From contig BLSG01000419.1 of NCBI GenBank assembly GCA_012862495.1, forward strand, positions 12,121 through 76,120: a stretch of 64,000 bases of DNA. The letters run 5' to 3'. The stretch's first letter is position 1, and each line of letters begins with the position of its first letter. Below, piece by piece: positions 34,503-45,750 of this stretch. Below the pieces are notes generated by a model that had not been told where the DNA came from, did not search any database, and was given only the letters and a program-made list of their open reading frames with translations. This stretch comes from Thraustochytrium aureum. Taxonomy: Eukaryota. The translations under genes were made by a program, and so were the position numbers.

Positions 34503-36935
34503 CTACTGCCAAGTCTTGAGCAGGCGGCGCGCGCGGTCGTGCTCGCCGCGCTCCAGGTACAGAAACACCAAAAGCCGCTGCGCGTGGTGCGAGTCTGGCG
34601 CAGCCACGAGCGCAAGGTGCAAAAGCCGCTCAGCCTCGTCGAGCTGGCCCTGCATGACGCGTACGAGCGCTGCGTTTATGCACAACGACGTCCTCCCGTC
34701 GGACGGGCGGCCCCCATCCATTTTGATGGAGGCTTCCATCGCGCGCGCCAGCTCATCGAGCGACAGCGAGCGCTCGGCCGGGTCGGCAGGGGCGCGAAGG
34801 GTCGCCTCTGCCAGGTAGCCTTGCGCCAGAGCCAGCACATTTGCTGTGGCCGCCAAGCTGCCTGCCTCGCTTTCTTTTGGCCCTGCCGGACCGCTGCGCA
34901 TCGCAAGGCGGATCACTGCTGTGCTCGCCGTTCGCGCGACAGACCAGTCGCGCAACCGCAAAGCCAGATAGGCTCGGCACAACAAGGCCGCTTGCCGCAT
35001 TGCCTTGGCTTGCTGGCGACACTGGTCCGTGTCGCTTTCCAGGACCAGTGCAGACTTGGCGGGACTCCCGCCGCCCAGAGAACCGCCATCTTTCGCGGCC
35101 AAGGCCGCGGATCCCTCCTCCTCTCCCTGGGAGACGGAGCCGAGTCCGACAGGCTTTGCAGTGGCTGGGGAACCGCCGGCGATCGACTCTGACAAGGCGT
35201 TGTGGCCCACGATGGCATCATTCTCGGCCTTGTCGAGAAGGAACAGCAGCTGCGCGATCGCGCGAAGGCCCACCTGGAGGGAGAGCTCGCTTGGGACGTC
35301 CTCTCCGATAGGGGGCCCGCCCGGCTTGAGCAGGAGCCGGCGCATCGCTCCCTTTCCAGAGACGGCGCTCAGCGGCGCGCTCGCATCGCGTTTCTCGTCG
35401 CTTTGGGCGTGCGCCATGACGACGCACTCAGCTACGTGGAGCCAAAGGCGAGGTCGGTGGTACTGCGAGCGCGCGGCGATCATAAAGCAGGCGTGGGCGC
35501 GCTCCGGCTCACCGCAGTGCAAAAGTTGGACACCGAGGTTGAACGCAACTTCTGGGAGGCACTCGTCGCTCGCAACAGTTGAAAACTCGCCTTGCGCTTT
35601 CGTCTTGGCTCGGGAATGGAGCGCGCGGTAAAAGTCGAATGCGCGGGCAAAATACGCGGCGGCGCACTTGTGCTGCCCGAGCATGTGGTGGATGCAGCCC
35701 ATGTTGTTCCAGAAAAGACCCTGGTCGATCCCAGCCCCTCCAGCGGCGGCTGCCTGCTGCAACATCTTGTGGCTCTCCTCGTATGCGCCGTTCAGGTACT
35801 CCATGTTGGCCCGCAGGCACGCCAGCACTTGGGTCGGCTCGATCCTGCTCCTGCTGGCCGCGCGCTCATCCAGGCTCATCCCTTGCCAGGCGTCCTCGTT
35901 GCCGCTTGGGGTTCCTTCGGCGCCAGGAACTGGGCTCGCCGCTTCTTCTGCGAGCTGCAAAAGAAGGCTCTCGCCGGTGCTCTTGGCTTCAGCTTTCGCC
36001 GAGCTGATGCTGGCCTGGATGAGAACCAACTTGTACTTGTACGTCCAGAGCCGCTCCCGGATTCGCTTGATCTGCGCGGGCAAGAAGGGGCGATCCACGT
36101 AAGACGGCAGGGCTTGCGAGCCGTCTGGGGCGGCCGCGCCGACCACGAGTTCCCCGGTTGGCTTTGCTTTCTGCTGTAGCCGATTCAGCGTCGAGTCCTT
36201 GTTTGAGGACCAGTCCCGGTGCCCGTTGAAAGCGTGGGGCTTTTCCAGATAGTCGACTACGCTTTGCGCGCGCTCCACAATGTGTCCTACCAGCAAGCCC
36301 CCGTCGCCGAACCCCGAGCCGCGCGCGAGCCGCGTGTACACGTCGAGCAGGAGGAAGCAGATGCAGAGCGCGAGGCCCTCGTCGAGCGCGTCTATGTACC
36401 TGAACAGGTCCTCGAGAAGAGTCAGCGCGGTCCTCCACTTGCGCATGTAGACGAGCACTGCGGCCTGGTTGTACACTGCGAACGACGCGTCGGGCTGGAA
36501 CCGCGCCTTGGTCTGCGCTGCCGGCGAGTCGGCGGGCCTCTCGGCCGCCGCAGCGGATTCGTTGCCGTTTGGGTTTTCTACGTCACTTGCGCCCGCGCCG
36601 TGGGCGTCCTCGCCGTGCCCGCTCGGCTCCTCGTCGACGCCGCTTGCGGCCGCGACGGCTTTGATCTCGGCTTCCACAACCTCTGCGACTTGCGAGAACA
36701 CCTTGAGCAGCTCTTTGGGCTGCATGGTGCGGTCCGTGTTGGAGAAATTCGCCAGTGCTAGGTTGTGCGCAACTTTGGCCTGCGCTAGGCCGACGCCGGC
36801 CTTGAAGTTGTCGTCCTCTGCGGCGCCTTTCAGGTTTGCCTGTATCTGCTTCAGCGAAACGACGCTGTCGCTAAACCTACCCGACTGCCAGAGATCGAGC
36901 GCGCGCTGCGCGAGTTCCACATTTTGCTGTTCCAT
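34503..36935 (-). CDS. CNOT10: CCR4-NOT complex subunit 10
   Basis: KVAHNLALA; YNQAAVL; LF..I.ALDE.LA..ICFLLLD; LRANMEYL.G.Y; FWNNMGCIH; NLGVQLLHCGEP..A..CF; PRLWLHVAECVV. Confidence 0.9.
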   Translation of the reverse strand: MEQQNVELAQRALDLWQSGRFSDSVVSLKQIQANLKGAAEDDNFKAGVGLAQAKVAHNLALANFSNTDRTMQPKELLKVFSQVAEVVEAEIKAVAAASGVDEEPSGHGEDAHGAGASDVENPNGNESAAAAERPADSPAAQTKARFQPDASFAVYNQAAVLVYMRKWRTALTLLEDLFRYIDALDEGLALCICFLLLDVYTRLARGSGFGDGGLLVGHIVERAQSVVDYLEKPHAFNGHRDWSSNKDSTLNRLQQKAKPTGELVVGAAAPDGSQALPSYVDRPFLPAQIKRIRERLWTYKYKLVLIQASISSAKAEAKSTGESLLLQLAEEAASPVPGAEGTPSGNEDAWQGMSLDERAASRSRIEPTQVLACLRANMEYLNGAYEESHKMLQQAAAAGGAGIDQGLFWNNMGCIHHMLGQHKCAAAYFARAFDFYRALHSRAKTKAQGEFSTVASDECLPEVAFNLGVQLLHCGEPERAHACFMIAARSQYHRPRLWLHVAECVVMAHAQSDEKRDASAPLSAVSGKGAMRRLLLKPGGPPIGEDVPSELSLQVGLRAIAQLLFLLDKAENDAIVGHNALSESIAGGSPATAKPVGLGSVSQGEEEGSAALAAKDGGSLGGGSPAKSALVLESDTDQCRQQAKAMRQAALLCRAYLALRLRDWSVARTASTAVIRLAMRSGPAGPKESEAGSLAATANVLALAQGYLAEATLRAPADPAERSLSLDELARAMEASIKMDGGRPSDGRTSLCINAALVRVMQGQLDEAERLLHLALVAAPDSHHAQRLLVFLYLERGEHDRARRLLKTWQ

Positions 36936-37654
36936 CCCGCCTCGCGGGCTCGCCGCGGATCGTGGCTTGCCGAGGCGCTGCCCGGCGCGCGCAGCTCCCT
37001 GTCCGGTGTATCCAACGCAACGCACGGCTCAGCTGCAGCCAAGCCCCTTCCCCGTCGCAGCGAGCGCCGCAGCCGCAAGCCCCTGCGCCTCGCGTAAACC
37101 CCCTCTTCCCGCTGCCGGCCTGCCGGCAGGCGCCCGCGCGCAAGCGCAAGCGCAAGCGAGCAGCGAGCAAGCGAGCCAGCACAAACCGCCTTGGCCCCTG
37201 TCCTCCGACGCGCGAGGCGGCCCGGAGCAGCGGCGGCGGCAGCGGACAGCAAGCGGGCAGCAAGCAGGCTCGCAGGCGCGCAGCAGCCGCTAGCGGGCGC
37301 CGCAGCAAGCAGTCCCCGCGACTCTACCGATCCTCCGCGGCCGCGAGCCGCGCGCAACGCAACGCAGCTGTGGCTCGTGAGCTCTCTAGAGTACCACAGC
37401 CGTCCCAGACAGTCTGACGGAGTACCGAGCCACTCGACAGTCGCTCTTCCCGCTGCCGCGCGAGAAGGCGGATGGAGGGCTCTTTCGAAAGAAAAAACAG
37501 CGCGCCAAAGACCGCTGCTCGCCGGACTAACCGCCAGCGAAGCCCGTTCATATCGCTAAGCCGCCAACGCCGCTCCGGCGAGTTGGTTATAACGCCGCGA
37601 AGTCGTTGTATCTCACCGGTCGCTTCGCGATAAGGGCCGATTGCGGGAGTTTTG

Positions 37655-37752
37655 GAAATATACGGAGTATCTTTTGTTTTAATTAAACAATAATTATTAT
37701 TAAAAACATAATCGTATTTAGTTTGTTTTAAACGAAAATATACAGATTATTG
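37655..37752. promoter_or_regulatory. Strongly AT-rich island in the divergent CNOT10/DOT1 intergenic region
   Basis: aaatatacggagtatcttttgttttaattaaacaataattattattaaaaacataatcgtatttagtttgttttaaacgaaaata against a GC-rich background. Function inferred. Confidence 0.4.
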
Positions 37753-38475
37753 CCGAATGCCACGAATAGGGGCAGGCGAGCTGCCGCATGTGGAGCTGTG
37801 GTCCGCTATTATGGAGTTAGAAGCTGCGAGACGCAGTGTTGCTGAGTATTGCGGGCAAAGGTGAAGTGAAGCGGAATAGGGGTGTTGGGTGCGTGGGGCA
37901 GTGCGATGCGCGGGGTCCTGTGGACTGGGGGGACAACGGGGAGGCTCGAGCCGCCTTAGAAATGGAGGCGGGAAGGTCCGCGGGAAGGTGGGGCGCTTGC
38001 TAAGGAAAGGTGGGAAGGTCCGCCTTAATGTTTAGGGTTTAGTGGGGACCCCAGCCGAGATCGAGCGATCGAGGAAGGCGAGTTGGAGGGGATCGTCGTC
38101 GTTGCCGCGTCAGTCGCCGTGCCGCGCGCTCATCAGAAGGTGGATGGCATGGACACGGGAGGCTGGCTGTTGGTCCAAAGATAGATGGGTAGAGTAGATT
38201 GTTTGGCGGCAGCCACGATTCAAACGCGCTTCGATTTGAATTCCAATTCCAACGTCACCGTCCTTCCTGTGCGTGCCGCATCCGCTGCAAGCAGACCCTG
38301 ATCGATCGAGCGATCGATCTTCGCAAATTTTAAACGCGGCAGACACCTTTTCATACAGTACCACAAGCAAGCAACCCAACTCAGCAGGACTCTCAGCCAC
38401 TGCCAGCCAGCCGGCCAGCGCTCGCCCCGAGCTCGTTCTGCAGATTGATTGGTCAGCGGACGCAAGTGGGACGCG

Positions 38476-40042
38476 ATGGAGGCCACATCGCCAAAGCGGC
38501 CAGCGAGGCGCCAGGGCGACGTCACATTCGAGTCTCCAGATCGCGTCGCGCCGCAGCGGAAGAGCCTCAACGCTGCGGGCGGCCCAGGCGGCCTCCCTCT
38601 GCACGCGTCGCCCATCACGCCCGGGTCTAAAAAGAACATCACTCGCGAGGGCTTGCTCACGCTCAGCAAGCAGAAGGCCAAGCAGCGGCAGTCGCGCATG
38701 AATGCCGTCTTCCGCAGTGACAGCGAACCGAGCTGGTCGCGGCAGCAGAGTCGTCGAAATCCAGCGCTGGCGACTTGGGTGGCCACCGCGAGGCCGCGGC
38801 TGCAGAGCTGGCAACCGCAGCCTCGCCCGAGACCAAGCTAAAAGGTGTTGATGCGTCGGAAGAAGAGCAGTCGCAGCTCCTCAATTCGCTGTACTCTCTG
38901 ATTCGGCGCAAGACCGGCGCACTGGGCGGTGGCGGGTCTGGTGGCGCGATCTACGGCGAGATCACGCAGGAGAGCTTCCAGCGCGTCGTGAGGTGCCTCA
39001 AGGAGCAGTGCGGCTTTGGCCGCGACTCTGTGTTCATCGACATTGGGGCTGGCCTCGGCAAGCCCTCGTTCCACGTCGCGATCAACCCTGGCGTCAAGCT
39101 CTCGCTTGGCGTTGAGGTCATCGGCGGCCGCTGGTGGCAGTCGATCTGCCTTTTGGACAGCTGCCTTGGGGAGCCTGAGCTGGAAGAGGTGGGTCGCAAA
39201 GTGTTTTTCGCGCATGCGGACGTCAACGACATGTCGTCGTTCGACCCCATCACGCACGTGTACAGCTTCAACCGTGGGTTTCCCCCGTACGCGATGCGCG
39301 CGGTGGCACGAGCCTTTCACGCGAGCAGGACGGCGGAGTACTTTATTTGCTTTGACAAAGAGCGCACGCTGGCAGACTACGGATTCAACGTGTCGCTGGT
39401 GGACTACGTGCCGACCAAGATGGCCGGCTCGGGCGAGCAGCACCGGTGCTACGTGTACAAGCGCAAGGATGCTCCGCGCACGGGCTGCGCTGCAGCGGGA
39501 CAGCCTGCGCCGTCCACGCCGTCACAGTCGGGGGTCTCAACGGGTCGCAAATCGCTCACGCCGCGCACCTCGCCGATCCGCCCCACGCGCCAAGCCCGAG
39601 CCGCAACGCAGAAGCAACGCGAGAAAAANNNNNNNNNNNNNNNNNNNNNNNNNNNNNNNNNNNNNNNNNNNNNNNNNNNNNNNNNNNNNNNNNNNNNNNN
39701 NNNNNNNNNNNNNNNNNNNNNNNNNNNNNNNNNNNNNNNNNNNNNNNNNNNNNNNNNNNNNNNNNNNNNNNNNNNNNNNNNNNNNNNNNNNNNNNNNNNN
39801 NNNNNNNNNNNNNNNNNNNNNNNNNNNNNNNNNNNNNNNNNNNNNNNNNNNNNNNNNNNNNNNNNNNNNNNNNNNNNNNNNNNNNNNNNNNNNNNNNNNN
39901 NNNNNNNNNNNNNGGCCTGGCTCGAATGGGGCAAGACGTCAACAACTACAAGGGCTGGGTGAGGGACCAGATCGGGCTGCATCGGTCAGAGCGCATGTCG
40001 CGCAGCCGCCTTCGAGCGACGGCTGCATCGGCTCGGCGGTGA
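38476..40042 (+). CDS. DOT1: DOT1-like histone H3K79 methyltransferase (indel and internal gap)
   Basis: GAIYGEIT..SF..V...L......DSVFIDIGAGLGKP......SLGVE, then THVYSFN. The N-terminal low-complexity part is in another frame. Confidence 0.75.
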
Positions 40043-40313
40043 CGTGATCTCTGCTTTCTCCCCGCCGCGGCTCCCAACTCGTTTTGCGTGTAATATATTT
40101 ATATAAAAAGTCAACCTGCTGGTGGTTTTGCAAGCATGCATGCATGCCCGGCCCGTCCCGCCCGTCCCGTTTCGAGCGGCTCGAAACGAGAAAGGAAAGC
40201 ACACCGGTCGAGATCGGTCGAGTCGGCGGTGCCCCCGAAAGAAGCCGTCGACGGCCGCGTCTCGCAAAAGTGCACGTAAGTGCTGTATTTAGGCGAGCTC
40301 GCCACAATCCCAA

Positions 40314-41360
40314 TCACAGCGAGCTGGTGTGCGCGGCGCGGCGCCGCCAGCTTTCAACTGACGGCTCCTCTGCGAGATTTGTCTCAAAGCGGTAGCTGCC
40401 ACGGCCCAGGGGCATTGTGCAGCAGATCCTGCGGCGCTCGCCCTCCGAGCCAGTGTATTCTGGGTGCAGCTCATCGCCTGGATAGACCAAGACCAGCTCC
40501 CTTTCGTCGTTGACGCCAATCGCGTGCGGCAGGATGGGGAGCCTGCGCGGGCGCTCCATGCCGTGCTTGATGACCGCGTCGACGTCGTCGATGGCGGCGA
40601 GCGAACTCAGCACATAAAACTGCGGCGGCAGCATTGCCATTTTGCCGGCTCGGTTCTGCGCCAGCGCCTCCGCGGGCGTGATCCAAATGTAGTGCACAGT
40701 CTCGCCTCCGTCGAGGTTGACCTGGCAGTCATCCACCACAGACACGAAAAAGTCTGTGCGGAAGCGGCGCTGTTCGATTTTGGGCGTGATGAAGGTCACC
40801 CAGTAGTGGAGGCCTTCAAGCGCGGGCGCCTTTCCGACGCTGGCCAGGAGGTCGTTGAAGGTCTTTGCGTCGTCGTGGACTTTGCGCTGCCAGCTCGCCT
40901 GCTGGTCTTTCGGCATGAAAACCGCCCTGGCGTGGTGCTTTGGCTCGCCTTGAGCGAGCAGCACGCCTGCCTCCTCGAACAGCTCGCGTATCCCAGTCAC
41001 TTTGGCGACCTCCTCCTGGGACGGCGCTTGAGAGCCCGAGAACTGCTTTGCGACCAGCGCGTCTTCGAGCGGTTCCGTCACACCGCCTGGGAACACGTAC
41101 GCCGACGAGAACGACTTCATCTTGGACGACCGCTGCGCGAGGAGCACTTCATACGCGCCTGCGCCTCCCGGTTGGGCTCGTCGCCGCAGCAGCACCACTG
41201 ACGCAGACCCCCTGGGCTCCCCCATGTCCTCCAGCTGCTCTGTTGACAGCCCTCGCCCGTTGCGTTCGAGCAGCGAGTCTCGTTTTTTGGTCAGCTTGAC
41301 GGCCCGAGTTGCGACTCTGGTGACTGTGCTCCTCCGCGCGGCCCAAGCGCCGGCCAGCAT
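40314..41360 (-). CDS. NUDT19: Nudix hydrolase, NUDT19 (acyl-CoA diphosphatase)-like
   Basis: SASVVLL...YEVLLAQRS.KM..F..AYVFPGG...IRELFEEAGVLL...FITP...RRFRTDFF...WITPAEAL...LPPQFYVL. Start codon uncertain. Confidence 0.85.
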   Translation of the reverse strand: MLAGAWAARRSTVTRVATRAVKLTKKRDSLLERNGRGLSTEQLEDMGEPRGSASVVLLRRRAQPGGAGAYEVLLAQRSSKMKSFSSAYVFPGGVTEPLEDALVAKQFSGSQAPSQEEVAKVTGIRELFEEAGVLLAQGEPKHHARAVFMPKDQQASWQRKVHDDAKTFNDLLASVGKAPALEGLHYWVTFITPKIEQRRFRTDFFVSVVDDCQVNLDGGETVHYIWITPAEALAQNRAGKMAMLPPQFYVLSSLAAIDDVDAVIKHGMERPRRLPILPHAIGVNDERELVLVYPGDELHPEYTGSEGERRRICCTMPLGRGSYRFETNLAEEPSVESWRRRAAHTSSL

Positions 41361-42312
41361 CCTGTGCTGCGGAGCGAGGGTCGACGAGAGCCGCCAACGG
41401 TGGCGGGTCCTTCCGCTCTTCCGGCGCCGCGAGGCCGCCACACTCGCCAGACTCATGATCACAACCTCCCACGAACAAACAGAACGAGCACCCTCGCCGC
41501 AGCGGCGAAACAGCGAGCGGACAAACAACCGCAGGCCATCGTGATGACATCAGCGCATGGTCGAGCCCGCGAGGAGTGATCGAGATGCGCCAAAGTCGCC
41601 CATCGCGAGATGCCCCGAGTCAGCCGAGTCAACTTCACCAAGCCACGATTTGCACATCACATTGCAAAGCACGAGAGAGAGGTGGCGCCAGCCCACATAC
41701 ATGCACAATCCATCGCGGGCCAAGCAGAGCAGTAACGAACTGCCGCACACCCACCCGCCTACCACCACGATGAACTCTACACACCGCCGAAAGGGTTCGA
41801 AACACGCAGGAGCACACCCAGCCACCATGCAGGCAGGCAAGCAGGCCGGCAGGACGGACGGATGGATGCACACGCGACGACCTCACTGATGAGTGAGGAG
41901 GAGGAGCTGGTCAAGCAAGCAGGAGTCTGTGTTCGAAGCCCCGGTGCACAGAACAAGAGCAGACTCCCGCCCACCCAGGCCACCGCCCCCGCATTCACGC
42001 ACGCAGGCAGGCAGGCAGGCACGCCCCGAGTGGACCAGCAAGCAACCAGTNNNNNNNNNNNNNNNNNNNNNNNNNNNNNNNNNNNNNNNNNNNNNNNNNN
42101 NNNNNNNNNNNNNNNNNNNNNNNNNNNNNNNNNNNNNNNNNNNNNNNNNNNNNNNNNNNNNNNNNNNNNNNNNNNNNNNNNNNNNNNNNNNNNNNNNNNN
42201 NNNNNNNNNNNNNNNNNNNNNNNNNNNNNNNNNNNNNNNNNNNNNNNNNNNNNNNNNNNNNNNNNNNNNNNNNNNNNNNNNNNNNNNNNNNNNNNNNNNN
42301 NNNNNNNNNNNN

Positions 42313-43863
42313 GAGAGGCTCGCCAAATGGGAGACCGCGTCCACGCCACTGACGCCCGAGGCGCAGGAGCGCAAGATTCGCGAGGCGCGGGAGAAGCAGC
42401 GCGAAGCCGTGCGGCTGGCGCGCGCGCGCGCGTCACGGTACAACATGACGCTGCGGGCGATTTCGATCAAGTCGGTGCGCGAGCAGGCTGAGATGAAAAA
42501 GCAAGACCAGAAGGCCATCGAAGAGGCCAAGGAACGCGCCATGAAGTACAGCATGACCAGCCGCGCCCTGTCGCTGGTGGCGGGCAAAAACCAGCGCCAG
42601 GCCGCTCGCGCCTTCGACCCGACCGTCTCGCCGAGAATCGCGCGCCAGGTCGTCGAGGCCGCGGCCATGTCGCAAGCCACCGCGAACGCCAAGATCAACA
42701 GCCCAGGCTTGAGCGAAAAGAAGCGCATCACAGCAGCGACCACCATGCTCGAGCAGCTTCCCGAGTCGGACAGCGAGGAGGAAGAGGAGCAGGCCGCCCC
42801 CGCTCCCGCAGCCAAGGCGCCAGCCAAGGTTGAAGTGGACAAGGCAGACGAGCAAGAAGAGGAGCAAGACGCAGATGAAAAGGACGACGACGACAAAGAG
42901 GAGGAGGCGGCGGCGGCGGCGGCGGAGGAGGAGGAAGAGGAAGAGGAAGCGGCTGCCCAAGACGACAAGGGCGACGACGACGCAAAGGAAGAGGAGGAGG
43001 AGGAAACCGTCATCGTCATGGAGGACCTCGCCAAGGCCGTTGCGCAAGGCGACGAGGACGGCGTAAACCGCGCAATCCTAAAAGAGTTCCTCGAGGAGCA
43101 CGCCCCCCACCGTGTCGGCGAGGTCGACGACCTCCTCAAACAGTACGAAGGGTCCAAGGTGGACGTTCTATTCCAGGAGCTGATCGAGACGTACCCCGAC
43201 CCCGCGGAAGCCACGTCCGAGGGCGAACAGAGCGCCCTCGAGAAGGCCATGATGCGAGCGGCAGAGGACATGGAGGCCGACTCGGACTACGAACCGAAAG
43301 CAGACTCTGCAGGGGAGGAAGAGGAGGAGGATGACGAACCTGAGGAGGAGCTCAGCGCTGTCGAGCAGCAAAAGCGGGACGCCAAGGCTGCGGAAAAGCG
43401 CGAAAAGGAGAAGATCGCAGCAATGAGCGAGGAGGAGCGCATGGACTACTTCAAGGCCAAGGAGGAGGAGCGCAAGCACCAGGAGGAGAAGGACAAGATG
43501 CTCAAGCACCAGCTCGACCTCTACGCCACGGGCGGCAGCAAGAAGAACCCTGTCCTGGGCAGCATCGCCAAACGCCTGAGCTCCTCGCGCGGCGCAGCCA
43601 AGCGGCTCAGCAAGGACGTCGAGCGCCGCGAGTCTACCAAGTCAAACAAGTCCCGCGAGCCCTCCATCGCTGCCGAAGGCTTCATTCTCAGTGCCAAGGT
43701 GTCCACGCCGAGCTCGGCTGGCGACCGGGACAGCGTGAACCGTGCCTCGTCAAAGTGGGCGGTCAACGTCCAACCGCAGTTGTTGCGCGAGCGCATGAAG
43801 AAGGCGGGTGTGGCGGAGAAGGACATCGACGCGCTCATGTCAGAGGAGAGCGACATGCTCTAA
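42313..43863 (+). CDS. Hypothetical acidic/coiled-coil protein (5' part in gap)
   Basis: Long ORF with strong coding-like codon bias, E/D-rich tracts, and a small helical module LKEFLEEHAPHRVGEVDDLLKQYEG....LFQELIETY. Confidence 0.75.
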   Translation, partial: ERLAKWETASTPLTPEAQERKIREAREKQREAVRLARARASRYNMTLRAISIKSVREQAEMKKQDQKAIEEAKERAMKYSMTSRALSLVAGKNQRQAARAFDPTVSPRIARQVVEAAAMSQATANAKINSPGLSEKKRITAATTMLEQLPESDSEEEEEQAAPAPAAKAPAKVEVDKADEQEEEQDADEKDDDDKEEEAAAAAAEEEEEEEEAAAQDDKGDDDAKEEEEEETVIVMEDLAKAVAQGDEDGVNRAILKEFLEEHAPHRVGEVDDLLKQYEGSKVDVLFQELIETYPDPAEATSEGEQSALEKAMMRAAEDMEADSDYEPKADSAGEEEEEDDEPEEELSAVEQQKRDAKAAEKREKEKIAAMSEEERMDYFKAKEEERKHQEEKDKMLKHQLDLYATGGSKKNPVLGSIAKRLSSSRGAAKRLSKDVERRESTKSNKSREPSIAAEGFILSAKVSTPSSAGDRDSVNRASSKWAVNVQPQLLRERMKKAGVAEKDIDALMSEESDML

Positions 43864-44475
43864 GTGCCGCGCTCTCTAGAGATTGCACGCGCATGCCGCC
43901 GGCTGTCGAGTTGGGATTTTGTTCTCTGACAGCCTCGATCGAGGCGGTGAGCAGCTCGAACAGCCAGTGATGAGTGCGCATGCAGTGAAAAGTGATGTGT
44001 GATGCGAATCAAGTCGCGAATGTGTTGGTGTCGCAGGGCGGAGCGGAGCTCTGCCGCGAGCGAGCGAACGAACGGACGAACGGGTTTGGAGGCGCGCGCT
44101 GTCCAGGTCGACAACGTGAGGTTTGACTTTACCGCGCAAAGTCGAGACTAGACAGGCCAAAACATGCAGAAAATAATATCCTTTCCCGTGCCGCACACAG
44201 ACAGCCCCAACTCCAACTNNNNNNNNNNNNNNNNNNNNNNNNNNNNNNNNNNNNNNNNNNNNNNNNNNNNNNNNNNNNNNNNNNNNNNNNNNNNNNNNNN
44301 NNNNNNNNNNNNNNNNNNNNNNNNNNNNNNNNNNNNNNNNNNNNNNNNNNNNNNNNNNNNNNNNNNNNNNNNNNNNNNNNNNNNNNNNNNNNNNNNNNNN
44401 NNNNNNNNNNNNNNNNNNNNNNNNNNNNNNNNNNNNNNNNNNNNNNNNNNNNNNNNNNNNNNNNNNNNNNNNNNN

Positions 44476-44850
44476 GGCGCGCTCCTTGGCCTCCTTGGTC
44501 TGGATCAGCTTCGACCTGAGGTTCTGGCCAAACTCAGAGTCGCGCACAAGGTGCGGCTTGTCCAGGAGGAAGCGGTCCAGCCCACCCGCCTTCTTGATGC
44601 ACCTCGTCGCGTGCGCCGACACCTTGATCTTGAGCTCATCGTTCAGAATATCGCTCCAGTACCGCCGCCAGTGCGCGTTCACCTTCCAGTTGCGCCTCGT
44701 CCTCCGTTTCGAAAAGCTGACATTATTCCCAAAGGCAATCTCGCGGCCCGCGTAGATCCCGCGCTTCGCGGCGCCCTGCGTGGGCCCGCCCTTCTTGAAC
44801 CCGCGCGCAAACCAGGCAGCCACGCCACCGGCCCACAGCCCGAGCGACAT
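44476..44850 (-). CDS. MRPL28: Mitochondrial ribosomal protein bL28 (3' end in gap)
   Basis: KRGIYAGREIAFGNNVSFSKRRTRRNWKVN..WRRYWSDIL...LKIKVS.HA.RCI.KAGGLD.FLL. Confidence 0.92.
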
Positions 44851-45162
44851 CCTCCCGCGCCGAAGCCGAAGCCAAGCCAAACAAACCAAACAAAGACAGC
44901 GAAAGCGGTGCTCGCGCGGCTCCGATCAAATCGCACGCAAAGCACACGCGCTGCCCGGGCGGCCTGCCAGTCCGCCTGCGCTGCGCCGCGCCCGATCTGC
45001 TGCTCCTTCCTGCCGCGCATCCATCCAACGACGTACTAAGCCACAGGGCACTTATTCGCTGCCTTCATGCCTCTACCACCAAAATCGGCCGCCTCGTAGC
45101 TGCGGCAGAATCAACCGAGTTCCTCGCACCCTACCCTTCTACGTCACGTTGGGCTTGCAGGT

Positions 45163-45235
45163 GACGCGGACAGTGGAATCGAACCCACGGCTTCACACGC
45201 GGATTGGGGCAGTTTATGAACGATGCTATCCGCGT
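45163..45235 (-). other. tRNA-sized element with perfect B-box and acceptor-like stem (tRNA pseudogene or Pol III-like element)
   Basis: Minus strand ACGCGGA-TAGC...GTGGGTTCGATTCCACTG-TCCGCGT-C. The terminal 7-bp stem spans 72 nt and contains GGTTCGATTCC, but there is no valid anticodon arm and no D-loop GG. Confidence 0.35.
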
Positions 45236-45750
45236 GAGGAGGGCGGGATGATGGGGCCCTCGTGACGAGGACGGTGTGTGCGGGGACGTGACGCCGGCTG
45301 CCGGTGTCACGTGGTGTTGGGTGACGAACGCAGGATTGGTTTTGCAGCACACCAGTCACGCTTCTACGAGGCGTGGACGCGGTGGGCGAGAAACTCGATC
45401 CGCGCGCTTGACGGCTCGTCTAACTGCCAGCCAGCCAGCCAGCCTGCCTGCGTCTGCGCGTTTGTGCGTTTCAGCACGCGTTCGTCCCGCGGTGCTCGAC
45501 GAGCGTCTGTGTCGGTGCTCGTCGCAACTCTCCACGTTGTCCGGAGGTCGCGTCGCGCCACACGGGTGTACAACTCCTCGCCAAAGTCGCCTTGTCCCGT
45601 TCTATTTGCGGTCGAGACGAGGTTCGTGCTCGAGACGAGGTCTTCCCGGCAACACGAGGTGTTGCGGCCAGGCGCGGCTGCGAGCGCGACGGCGATAGTG
45701 CCGGAACGGGCAGGCCTTGGGCAGGTCTAGGTTTGGTGGAAAGGCCGAAG

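Noticed and set aside
38030..38046. TTTAGGGTTTAG as a telomere
   Set aside because: Fewer than two units and located internally; at most a telo-box-like motif.
25458..44850. RRF and bL28 as bacterial contamination or an operon
   Set aside because: Both have presequence-like N-terminal extensions and sit among eukaryote-specific, intron-containing genes, so they are nuclear-encoded mitochondrial proteins.
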